Assembly: GCA_963681965.1 (NCBI GenBank)
Contig: OY820579.1
Coordinates: 2,528,001 to 2,592,000 of the forward strand
DNA from: a bacterium
Lineage (GTDB): Bacteria; Electryoneota; JAOADG01
Length of the DNA stretch: 64,000 bases
Direction of reading: 5' to 3'
Below are positions 8,098 to 17,200 of the stretch, piece by piece (position 1 is the stretch's first letter; every line of letters starts with the position of its first letter). Under the pieces are notes generated by a model. The model was not told where the DNA came from, did not search any database, and was given only the letters and a program-made list of their open reading frames with translations. Position numbers and translations under genes: made by a program.

Positions 8098-11000
8098 ATG
8101 TCGCAAGGGTTTACACAAGCGATTCACATTGCGTTGGTTGGCACTGCCGATCTAGCTGCATTTGATATGGCTACCCGGCAACTCAACACCCTCGAGTCTA
8201 CCCTTCACAAAGCCTCGACCACTCTTGCTAGTCTTGGTCTGAAGTCAACACTGTTCGGTGCCGGCATGGCGTTCTCGGTCGGCACTGCCATCAAATCGGC
8301 AGCTGATTTCGAATCGGAACTTGCAATGGTGAGCACCCTGCTTACTGCCCAGACCGAACAGTACCTCCCGAAATATAAAAAAGAACTCGTGGATCTCGCT
8401 GCATCGTCTCCCAAGGATTCGCTGGAAGGGTTGACGAAGGCGCTTTACCAGACGATCTCCGCCAACGTCCCGGCGAGCGATGCCATGCGGGTGTTGACTA
8501 TTGCTTCGCAATCAGCTGCTGCCGGTCTCACTGATACCGAGACAGCGGTCGATGGCATTACCAGCGTCTTAAATGCCTACCAGATGAGCGCAAAAGAAGC
8601 AACCCGCGTCTCCGACATCATGTTTATGGCGCAGAATTTAGGTAAAACCACCTTCGGCGAAATGGCGAAAGAGTTGGGTGGTGTATTAGGTACGGCATCG
8701 GCAGCCGGCGTGTCGTTTGAAGAAATCGCAGCAGCGATTACGACGATTACGAAGCGTGGTATCAACACTGCCGAATCGGTTACCGCCATCAACATGGCAC
8801 TACAGGATATCATTGCACCCTCAGAAAAAGCAAAACGTGCCTCAGCAAAATTCGGTATCGAGTTGTCACTATCGAAAATGCATGCGATGGGATTCCAGAA
8901 ATACCTGCAGTACCTCTCCAGTGGGGTCGGCGGCAGCATCGAAAACATCGCGCAACTGTCCGATAATGTGCGTGGGTTAAAGGCGATTCTTGCGCTGACC
9001 GGTAAAAATGCAAATGAAGCGGCAAGTGATTTGACTGCGATGACAGTATCGGCGAATGCGACTCGCGATGCATTCGCGAAAGTATCCGATACGGTGAAGG
9101 CGAAATGGAATCATGTCACCAATGCACTAGCAACCTTGAAAGAGACCCTTGGCGAACCATTGCTTTCTCCAATGGCGGTAGTACTAGATAAAGTGGCATC
9201 TATTGTCAACGCGTTTCGACAGTTCGCTGCAGTGCATCCCACATTAGTTTCGGTTGGCGCTTCGTTTATGGCAACCAGTGCATCGGTGTTCCTATTCGGG
9301 GGATTACTGCTACTCTCTGCCAGTGGTGTGACTGCGCTTGCAGCAAACTTGCTTGCCATTCCTACTAAGCTGAGTGCGCTTGCCACCGCCATGAAACTTT
9401 CACTTCCCGCCGGGACCGGAATGCTTGGTATCCTGAAAGCCATCAGTGGAACGATTCTATCGGTCGCATCTCCTGTACTAATTGCTGCTGGTGTGGTGGC
9501 AGGATTGTTCGTCGCCTGGAAGACTAACTTCCTCGGACTACGCGATGTCGTTACCGCGTTCTGGACTGCGATAAAACCGCTTCTGACTGCGCTGTGGTCA
9601 ACTTTCAAGCTGCTTGTTACCGATGTGGTGTACCAGATCCGAGATATTGCACAGGCTGTTACTGGTTGGTTTACGACTTGGAACAGCTCGTTTACTGGTA
9701 TGCAGTCACCACTGATCGCTTTTGCAATGGTTACCGCCTATACCGTTGGATTTACCATCGGACTATTTCGTGGATTCTTCGATCTGCTGCGCACGTCACC
9801 AGTGATGGGGACACTACTGGCAACCGGACTGGGAATTGGGATTTTCAAACTGTGGGGAATGTCGTCGGCGATTGGTGGGATCATTTCACTACTCAAAACG
9901 CTTCCCTATTACACCCGCGTCTTCGGCGCTGAATTAAAGTACCTCAGTATTAAACTGGCTGAGATTGCTGCTAATCCAAAACTTGCCTTCGAGATCCTGC
10001 GCAATGCCATGACCAGTGGTGCCGGTACGGCGAAGAACTTTGCTGTTTCCGTTTACTCCTCGTTTCTCACTGCTTTGAAAGGGATGTGGCAGTTTACGCT
10101 ATCAGCAGCTCAGGGCATCTGGCAGTGGGCACTTTCGCTGGGATCGTCGATTGCATTCGTGGTCAAGAATCTGGCGATGCTCACCTGGAACTTAGCGGTC
10201 GCAGGAATGAAAGTCGTCTGGTTCGGCATGCAGTGGCTAATCACGAAAGCGGTAATGCTCGCCCATGCGATAGCCACCGGTGTTGCCACCAGCGCTCAGT
10301 GGCTACTCAATGTCGCGATGACTGCCAACCCCATCGGTTTGATAATCGCCGGGGTCGTCGCGCTTGGTGCCGCATTCTACCTACTGTACAAACATTGGGA
10401 CACGGTATGGGGTTGGATCAAACAAGCGGCACTCGTTGCCGTACTCGGAATCGTCGCACCATTCTATTTGCTCTGGAAACACTGGGATACCGTACTCGGT
10501 TGGCTGAAAATCGGATTTACTGCCGTTGGTGACTTTTTTTCCGGTATCTGGGACACAGTTAAGCAAGCTGGTATGAATGCTGCTGACTGGGTAATCGAGA
10601 AAATCAACTGGCTCATCGGCAAGATTAATTCCGTTTCGTCCTATCTCGGATTTGAGATTCCGCTCATCCCGACCTTTACCGGGAAAGCCTCGATCCCGAC
10701 CCAACCGGCAGTCATTCCGGTGGAAGTACGCACGTTTACCAAGGACAGCAATCTCGTCCACAACTCGCCGTACACCATTCTGACGCAGCAGGCACAAATT
10801 CCGGTGGCAGTGACGCTCGACGATTTTTTCCTGCGGCTTCAGGATTCGCTGACAAAGACGCTCACCAATCTGCTAGATCTGATGACGCTGCGGTTAGAAC
10901 AGTTTGTGATGACAACGCAGCAACTCTCTAGACTACAGCCATCGCTTTCATTTGCTGGTGGTTCGTTTGATGTCGGTACTCCTCCATCCAGTTCCAGTAT

Positions 11001-11193
11001 CGTATCGAGCCGGATTTTCAATACGCAGCGAAGTCATCGTTCGACCAGCATCGACCGTAGCATTCGCATCGATGCGATCAACATTTCCGGCGTGTCTGGT
11101 GAACAAGGTGAATCGATTCGCGATCAGATTATTGCTGCACTATCCGATGCGCTTTCCGCGACTGACGGGGTCGAGGAGGCATCCATTGGCTGA
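8098..11193 (+). CDS. Tail tape measure protein (TP901-type core)
   Basis: 1031 aa, AADFES, GKTTFGEMA, ANPIGLII, repeated KHWDTV.GW.K units. Confidence 0.92.
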   Translation: MSQGFTQAIHIALVGTADLAAFDMATRQLNTLESTLHKASTTLASLGLKSTLFGAGMAFSVGTAIKSAADFESELAMVSTLLTAQTEQYLPKYKKELVDLAASSPKDSLEGLTKALYQTISANVPASDAMRVLTIASQSAAAGLTDTETAVDGITSVLNAYQMSAKEATRVSDIMFMAQNLGKTTFGEMAKELGGVLGTASAAGVSFEEIAAAITTITKRGINTAESVTAINMALQDIIAPSEKAKRASAKFGIELSLSKMHAMGFQKYLQYLSSGVGGSIENIAQLSDNVRGLKAILALTGKNANEAASDLTAMTVSANATRDAFAKVSDTVKAKWNHVTNALATLKETLGEPLLSPMAVVLDKVASIVNAFRQFAAVHPTLVSVGASFMATSASVFLFGGLLLLSASGVTALAANLLAIPTKLSALATAMKLSLPAGTGMLGILKAISGTILSVASPVLIAAGVVAGLFVAWKTNFLGLRDVVTAFWTAIKPLLTALWSTFKLLVTDVVYQIRDIAQAVTGWFTTWNSSFTGMQSPLIAFAMVTAYTVGFTIGLFRGFFDLLRTSPVMGTLLATGLGIGIFKLWGMSSAIGGIISLLKTLPYYTRVFGAELKYLSIKLAEIAANPKLAFEILRNAMTSGAGTAKNFAVSVYSSFLTALKGMWQFTLSAAQGIWQWALSLGSSIAFVVKNLAMLTWNLAVAGMKVVWFGMQWLITKAVMLAHAIATGVATSAQWLLNVAMTANPIGLIIAGVVALGAAFYLLYKHWDTVWGWIKQAALVAVLGIVAPFYLLWKHWDTVLGWLKIGFTAVGDFFSGIWDTVKQAGMNAADWVIEKINWLIGKINSVSSYLGFEIPLIPTFTGKASIPTQPAVIPVEVRTFTKDSNLVHNSPYTILTQQAQIPVAVTLDDFFLRLQDSLTKTLTNLLDLMTLRLEQFVMTTQQLSRLQPSLSFAGGSFDVGTPPSSSSIVSSRIFNTQRSHRSTSIDRSIRIDAINISGVSGEQGESIRDQIIAALSDALSATDGVEEASIG

Positions 11194-11959
11194 TCTCGTG
11201 TTCGGTATCATCAACCTGCTCCGCCAGAAGGAAGATGATTCAGCAAGGCTCAAGTCGTTGCAGGATAAAGTGAAGGCTAAGCGTACTAGTCAGTGGGATT
11301 CCCGCGAGTATTCTACTGCCGGAGAACTGATGTTGAAGCGAGGTGATACCGAGCTTCACTTATATCCGAAAAAAGTAGGGATCAAGCAGAGCATCAAGAT
11401 CGATGAGATCGAGATTCCGAAATCGTCTGGTAAGATTAAACAAGTACTTGGATACGAAGACACGGAAATCACGGTCACCATCGAGCTGATCAATCTCGAA
11501 GAAAATGGCAAAGTAGTAAAACCCCTGCGTGAGCGGGTCGAGTCGCTTCAAAAGTTATACCGCGAAGGAAAACAAAAGTTGCCGGTGCCATTGACGCTGG
11601 TTTCACCACTTCCCGAAATCGCCGGAATTGATCAGGTGTTCTGGAAAGAATTGCAGCTCGAGGATGATCCGGAGGGATACAACCTCGTCACTGCGCAGTG
11701 TGTTTTTGTCCAGTTCAATTCGATCAAGACTCAACTGGAAAATCAAGCAGCGTTACAAAGCGCACAACAATCGGCACAAAGTGATGCGACTGCGAATATG
11801 CCAAGTGAAATGCAACGACCTGATACGTCACAGGATGATGCACTGGCTCAACGGTTAGGTGCGACAGCGAAGAGTGGCGAGCGTGCCGGTTATACCCTGG
11901 GTTCGCTTGGCGACAGTATGCCCGAACATCCGGCTGCCGACGCATCGGTTACACACTAA
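11186..11959 (+). CDS. Tail tube initiator / baseplate-proximal protein (putative)
   Basis: Likely TTG start at 11186 after GAGGAGG; position after TMP. Confidence 0.55.
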   Translation: MADLVFGIINLLRQKEDDSARLKSLQDKVKAKRTSQWDSREYSTAGELMLKRGDTELHLYPKKVGIKQSIKIDEIEIPKSSGKIKQVLGYEDTEITVTIELINLEENGKVVKPLRERVESLQKLYREGKQKLPVPLTLVSPLPEIAGIDQVFWKELQLEDDPEGYNLVTAQCVFVQFNSIKTQLENQAALQSAQQSAQSDATANMPSEMQRPDTSQDDALAQRLGATAKSGERAGYTLGSLGDSMPEHPAADASVTH

Positions 11960-11971
11960 GGATTCATTTTT

Positions 11972-12757
11972 ATGGTTTTAGAACCTTATCAACTTGCCAA
12001 TCGAACACCGGTCACATCGGTCAAGTACAAAGACCTCGAGATCGGGGATGCGGTTAGTGTATTCGAAGTGACTTCGTTTCGTCGCGGCACTGGTGATACC
12101 GCCTGGCTGAAAATCCCGATTGCCACCGGATTCGATGGGGAATTTTTCGAACGGGGTGCACCAGTAATAATCCAATGGGGACTCGATAGCACTGACAATC
12201 TGGTGCAAATCTTCGATGGTGTGGTCCGCGAAGTGAAGGAGTTGGATCAAGCAATTCGGGTCGAGTTGGTCGACTATATGACATTGCTTCACGCCAAGCA
12301 GATCACGACCACCATCGAAGATGAAAATTCCGAAGCGATTATTCAGCAACTGGTAAAGCACACAGGACTCGCTGTTAAGCTTGAGACATCCGGATTGGAG
12401 TTGAAGAAGTTTCCACTGTTCAACCGGACACTCTTTGAAGCAATGACCCATCTGGCTGAGCGGGTGAAATTCGAACTGGGTAAAACGATGCTGTTCTGGA
12501 TACGAAACAGAACGCTGCTTTGGCAATCTCCCAAACCACCTGCCGAACCGGTCGTTTCCTTCGTTACCGGTTTGAACATCAACAACCGTGGGTCAAGCAA
12601 GTTGCAAGGATACTCTTGGCTCACTACCGGCATTGCTCCAGTGCACCACGGTGACACCATTGAAGTGGATGGTGAAGCGGTTGTGGCGGAACGTGTGTAC
12701 TACAAGTGGTCTCGTGGCGGCCGCAGTAAGATTTACTGGAAGCATGTCAGTGACTGA
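11972..12757 (+). CDS. Baseplate hub (gpD/late-control-like)
   Basis: 261 aa, IQWG..QIFDGVV motif, synteny before spike. Confidence 0.65.
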   Translation: MVLEPYQLANRTPVTSVKYKDLEIGDAVSVFEVTSFRRGTGDTAWLKIPIATGFDGEFFERGAPVIIQWGLDSTDNLVQIFDGVVREVKELDQAIRVELVDYMTLLHAKQITTTIEDENSEAIIQQLVKHTGLAVKLETSGLELKKFPLFNRTLFEAMTHLAERVKFELGKTMLFWIRNRTLLWQSPKPPAEPVVSFVTGLNINNRGSSKLQGYSWLTTGIAPVHHGDTIEVDGEAVVAERVYYKWSRGGRSKIYWKHVSD

Positions 12758-13412
12758 AACGTGCGAACATGATCTGCTGCAGCTCCTGCGCAAGGCGATG
12801 GAGACGATGCGTCCCGATCTATCTGGGTATATGCGCTTTCCGATGCGAGGAAAAGTGGTAGCAGTCGATGCGGATAAGTTCACAGTCGATGTACAGCCTG
12901 ATGACGAGTCAACACCACTGCTTCCTAAATGTCAGATTCTGACGCTTTGGGCAACCAACAGTCAGCGGATTGTGATTCTTCCGAAGATCGATGACGCAGT
13001 CGTGGTCGGCTTTCTCTGGGGAGATCCAACCCAACCATTTGTGATGGGATTTGTAACGGACACAGGGACATGTGGTAAACATCTCATCATCGAGCAGGGT
13101 AGCAGCCGGATTGAAATCGCGGAAGGTGGAGCAATCCTGATCGCAACTGATGCAACGCTGAATGTTACTGCCGGTGCGAAAATCATGATTAGTGGTGATG
13201 CCGATATCGATGTGATTGCTGCCGGAAAAGTGAAACTGTCGGCTCCGCAGGTTGAATTTGGCAGTAGCGCACAGGAAAAAGTGGTACTGGGTGATTCGTT
13301 CTTGAGCTATTTCAATACGCACATCCATACCGGAAATCTTGGTGCACCGACCTCGCCACCGATTCAACCGATGATGACAACGATGTTATCGGAAGTATCA
13401 AAAACGGAATAA
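12744..13412 (+). CDS. Baseplate central spike (gpV-like)
   Basis: OB-fold-like start (GKVVAVD, PKIDDAVVVGFLWGDPTQPFV), beta-helix, C-terminal FNTHIH (HxH metal-binding apex). Confidence 0.85.
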   Translation: MSVTETCEHDLLQLLRKAMETMRPDLSGYMRFPMRGKVVAVDADKFTVDVQPDDESTPLLPKCQILTLWATNSQRIVILPKIDDAVVVGFLWGDPTQPFVMGFVTDTGTCGKHLIIEQGSSRIEIAEGGAILIATDATLNVTAGAKIMISGDADIDVIAAGKVKLSAPQVEFGSSAQEKVVLGDSFLSYFNTHIHTGNLGAPTSPPIQPMMTTMLSEVSKTE

Positions 13413-13414
13413 TC

Positions 13415-13777
13415 ATGGCGCTTTCGGCAACACTACTCAAGGAATTGATCGGACAGCAGTATGACTCGCTGGATGCGGACGGATCGTCGTTAGCTGGTTT
13501 GATCGAACAGCATATCCGGCAGGAATTGGGTAGTGTTCCCGCATTTGCCGGTGGTAGTTATCTCGATCCTATTCCCAAGATGTCGCGTGCGATAGCTCAT
13601 GCGGTACATCAGAATACCAAGACCAGCTTCGCTGAAGCGGTGGCGACAGCCGTGGTGCAGCATTTCGTAAGTGCTGGAGTGGTTACGGTAGCAGCAGGAA
13701 TTGCGGTATCTACTGCTGGTAGTCCGGCAGCACAGACTGGTGCGACGACTGCGCCGGGTATAGGTACGATTGCATGA
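13415..13777 (+). CDS. Small spike-associated hypothetical protein
   Basis: 120 aa, Ala/Gly/Thr-rich C-terminus, directly after gpV-like gene. Confidence 0.6.
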   Translation: MALSATLLKELIGQQYDSLDADGSSLAGLIEQHIRQELGSVPAFAGGSYLDPIPKMSRAIAHAVHQNTKTSFAEAVATAVVQHFVSAGVVTVAAGIAVSTAGSPAAQTGATTAPGIGTIA

Positions 13778-13778
13778 T

Positions 13779-14789
13779 TTAGAACAGGGTGTAGTAAACG
13801 CCACGCCCTTTTCCGTGTTGTTGCAGCAATCCGTTCTTAACCATGCTTTTCAAATGACTCTTTACAGTATTGCGATTGGCTTGAAGTTGGTCGGTGATAT
13901 CGGTGATTGATGCCCGACCTCGCTCTTTTACAAGTTGACGAATTGATTCCGGCAGAGACATAACCTGTGTTTGTCGTTGCTGATCAAGCCGAGTTGAGAG
14001 ATGATCTTTCTGGCGCTTGAGTGATAGTAGAAAGAACTCATTCCAGGCTGGATCATCAAATTTTGTCTGTGTTTTACGCAGTGCGAGATAGTAATCCTGT
14101 TTGTGAAGTTCGATTTGCTGTTCAAGCGATGCGTACTGAATAAAATCATAACCAGATCGAAGTAGTAACAGGTTCGTAAGAATGCGCGATAATCTCCCAT
14201 TGCCATCCTGGAAGGGATGAATCGCAAGAAAGTGAACTACAAAATCAGCGACGATCAACAGTGGATGTTCTTCCATTGATGCGAATCGTGAAGCAATCTG
14301 TTCAATTAGCGCTCTGGTTTGATGAGGTGTTTCCAGTGGTGTGGTCGTCTCGAAAACGATTCCGATTTCTACTCCGGTTTCGTCAAATGCGGCAACGTGA
14401 TTCGCATGATGTTTGTAACTGCCAAGGTGCCATTGGTCTTTGCTCGAATGTTGGAGTAAAAGCTTATGCAGGTACATGACGTTGTTTTCAGTCAAAGGGA
14501 TATCACTATGCGATTCGGAAATCAATTTCATTGCGACAGCGTATCCAGCGACTTCCTCTTCGTCACGGTTGCGAAACGATTTTACATCGAGTCCGCGCAG
14601 AAGAGTCTCAATTTCTAAATCAGATAGCTTTGCCCCTTCGATGCGGGTTGAAGATCCGATGGATTCAATGGTGGCAAAACGACGAAGAGTAGTCAGTGTC
14701 TCAATGGACAAACCAGAGAGACCACGCCAATACCCTTTGAATTCATCAATCTCGGCTATTAGCCGAAGAATGGACGGAGTGAGTGTCAT
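13779..14789 (-). CDS. fic: Fic-domain protein with C-terminal HTH
   Basis: Catalytic HPFQDGNGRLSR; N-terminal autoinhibitory SSTRIEG; C-terminal winged HTH (NRNTVKSHLKSMV...GKGRGVYY). Confidence 0.93.
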   Translation of the reverse strand: MTLTPSILRLIAEIDEFKGYWRGLSGLSIETLTTLRRFATIESIGSSTRIEGAKLSDLEIETLLRGLDVKSFRNRDEEEVAGYAVAMKLISESHSDIPLTENNVMYLHKLLLQHSSKDQWHLGSYKHHANHVAAFDETGVEIGIVFETTTPLETPHQTRALIEQIASRFASMEEHPLLIVADFVVHFLAIHPFQDGNGRLSRILTNLLLLRSGYDFIQYASLEQQIELHKQDYYLALRKTQTKFDDPAWNEFFLLSLKRQKDHLSTRLDQQRQTQVMSLPESIRQLVKERGRASITDITDQLQANRNTVKSHLKSMVKNGLLQQHGKGRGVYYTLF

Positions 14790-14901
14790 TTACAGGTATT
14801 CCTATATCCAGTACCACCCAATTATACCCAATTAGCAACGTCAATACAAGAATATGGATGTAAATAGGTGATATCGATACTAGAAATGAAGGGTTAAAAG
14901 T

Positions 14902-15342
14902 TTGGAACAACATCTCGGCACTGACTTGAAATTTGATGACTTAGGAGATTTAGCCGTCTCCACGACCGGTGATATTGCATTGGTCTCAGGTCGGGACTGT
15001 CTGTTGGGCGATCTGGCAGATGCCCTACGGACACAACCGGGTGATTTGTTCCCTCATCCCGAATTTGGCTGTGGTTTGCTTGGCATGCTAGGCGTGAATG
15101 ATACACCGCTCAACCGGACGCTGGCACAGCGATTTATCACAAAGACTCTGGAGAATGATCAACGGGTGAAACAATCAACGATACAGGTGGAGCTGCTTTC
15201 GTTCAGTAGCGAGGAAAAGACCTTCCGGGCACGGTTTGAAGCAGTCGGTGATACCGAGACTCACACACTTGTCTGGGGCTATGGCATTAAAAGCATCGAA
15301 GATCTAAAACGGAATTCTACGAATTATGAAATCGTACAGTGA
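14902..15342 (+). CDS. Baseplate wedge subunit, gp25/gpW-like
   Basis: LGTDL, HPEFGCGL, LENDQRV motifs. Confidence 0.8.
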   Translation: MEQHLGTDLKFDDLGDLAVSTTGDIALVSGRDCLLGDLADALRTQPGDLFPHPEFGCGLLGMLGVNDTPLNRTLAQRFITKTLENDQRVKQSTIQVELLSFSSEEKTFRARFEAVGDTETHTLVWGYGIKSIEDLKRNSTNYEIVQ

Positions 15343-16528
15343 CATTCGCGATGAGTTGATTACGAAGGTGGCGGCGAAAACTCCGTTCACTAATTTCTCG
15401 ACCTCGAGTGGGATACGGAACCTGCTCGAAATTATCGCGTATGTCATCGCGTCACTCTACAATTTTGTTTTCAAGGTGTCGCAGCAAGGTTTTTTGATGA
15501 CTGCTACTGGTGAGTGGCTCGACCTGCGTGCTCGCGAATGTGGTGTGGAGAGGTTGCCCGGCAGCAAGGCACAAATTTGGATCACATTCTACCGTGCACA
15601 ATCGCCGAACACTCTTACCATACCAGCCGGAACAATCGTTAAAAGTCGTGCGGATTCCAGTGGAAATGAATACCGTTTTTCCACGATCCAGGCAGCATCA
15701 ATTCCAGCCAATGAAGCATTTATTCGAGTACTGGTTGAAGCTGAAGTGATTGGCACCTGCTGCAATCTTGGCGCGGGAACCGTTACCCGAATCGTTACCT
15801 CGATTTCCGGTGTTACCAGTGCCATCAATGAGAATTTTGAAGCTAACGGTAAGCAAGTATCGGCACTCTTTCGCGAAGGTTCGGATCGCGAAACTGATAC
15901 GGCACTTCGCAAGCGAGCACAACTGGCTTGGCAGACTCTTGGTGTCGGTGGTAATCGTGCCGCTTATGAGCAATGGGCACTGTCAGTTCCGGGGGTTCGA
16001 GCTGCCCAGATCCTCGATGATTTTCCGTTTGGACCCGGCACCGTCGGAGTCGTGGTTCTTGGTGCCAGCGGCATGCCAACACCGCAGCTACTGTCCGATG
16101 TCTTGATTTACTTGCGAAAGCGTAAACCGCTCACTTCCGATGTTCGAGTGGTTGGTCCCAGTAAACGCACGGTAAATGTTTCAATGAAAGTGTGGCGATT
16201 AGCGAGTGCCGACCGTGACCGTATTGATACGGCAGTCAGTCAAGTGGTGGCATTGCATACCAGCAAATTGCTGCTTGGTGAAGGATTGCTGGTTGCCCGG
16301 TTATTGCAGGCAATTCTTAGCATCGATGGTGTCTACAACGTTCACATCGAACAGCCACAATCCGATTTGCTGTGTGGTCCCACGGAGTTTCTGGAACTGG
16401 GTTCGCTAACGATTGAACATTATCTGAAGGGGCGCAGTTACCAGGACACTGGCATCATTACCGAACCTGTAGAATCGACAAATGGCGATGAGGTACTGGC
16501 GCTTCGCAGGGAGAATTTTTACGCATGA
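15326..16528 (+). CDS. Baseplate J/gp47-family protein
   Basis: ATGEWLD, GSDRETDTALRKR, YEQWALSVPGV, GPGTV motifs. Confidence 0.92.
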   Translation: MKSYSDIRDELITKVAAKTPFTNFSTSSGIRNLLEIIAYVIASLYNFVFKVSQQGFLMTATGEWLDLRARECGVERLPGSKAQIWITFYRAQSPNTLTIPAGTIVKSRADSSGNEYRFSTIQAASIPANEAFIRVLVEAEVIGTCCNLGAGTVTRIVTSISGVTSAINENFEANGKQVSALFREGSDRETDTALRKRAQLAWQTLGVGGNRAAYEQWALSVPGVRAAQILDDFPFGPGTVGVVVLGASGMPTPQLLSDVLIYLRKRKPLTSDVRVVGPSKRTVNVSMKVWRLASADRDRIDTAVSQVVALHTSKLLLGEGLLVARLLQAILSIDGVYNVHIEQPQSDLLCGPTEFLELGSLTIEHYLKGRSYQDTGIITEPVESTNGDEVLALRRENFYA

Positions 16529-17196
16529 GCGCCATTGGAGAGTTTCTCTGGATGCTTCTGCCCGGTATCCGCAAACAAAAGGACACAGAGCATTCCGTGT
16601 TGTATGGATTGCTTACTGCAATCGGTGAATTGCTCGACGATGTGAAATCGGATATCCGGCGCATGCGATTGTCGTGGTATGCACAGACGATTGAATCCAG
16701 TAACAGTTACTACCAGCAACCCGAACGTAGTAATGATCTCGATGAGATTGCATTAGGAAAATCAACTCGCAGATATCCAGATGAATCGAATGAATTACTG
16801 GCAGATCGGCTCACCGACTGGACGAATTTATGTAAATGGAATGGCACCAAGCCGGGACTCAAATTGTTGATCGAATCGCAAGGATTCGTCTGCCGGGAAA
16901 TCGTTGAAAGTTATGCCGATAGTCAAGGTTTAATACTACTGTCTCGTGTCGATCAACCGCTCGAAGCGGAGATCAATCTGACGCATCTGTTTTCATCTGG
17001 TGATGCGCAGAAGGAAGAATACCAAGAATATCGGCAGAACCGAGTCTACCGTGCCAGTGAGCTTGTGTGGAATTTCTGTTTTGCGGTGAGTGTCGGAAGT
17101 AATGGATTACCGGAACACCGACGTGAACAATTGCAACAAGCGATTTATGAATTCAAACCGGCGCATACCCGCGCCCAAATCATGTTTGTGGACTGA
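16525..17196 (+). CDS. Baseplate wedge protein, gpI/YmfQ-like
   Basis: Follows J; ends with FKPAHT motif. Confidence 0.7.
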   Translation: MSAIGEFLWMLLPGIRKQKDTEHSVLYGLLTAIGELLDDVKSDIRRMRLSWYAQTIESSNSYYQQPERSNDLDEIALGKSTRRYPDESNELLADRLTDWTNLCKWNGTKPGLKLLIESQGFVCREIVESYADSQGLILLSRVDQPLEAEINLTHLFSSGDAQKEEYQEYRQNRVYRASELVWNFCFAVSVGSNGLPEHRREQLQQAIYEFKPAHTRAQIMFVD

Positions 17197-17200
17197 ATAA

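Noticed and set aside
10380-10510. KHWDTV.GW.K duplication in tape measure gene
   Set aside because: Ordinary Trp-periodic repeats of tape measure proteins.
10952-11185. N-terminal extensions given in the ORF track (also 7457, 12588, 25554, 28685, 45798)
   Set aside because: They overlap upstream genes extensively; better starts, mostly with SD sequences, lie downstream (11186, 7499, 12744, 25656, 28739, 45834).
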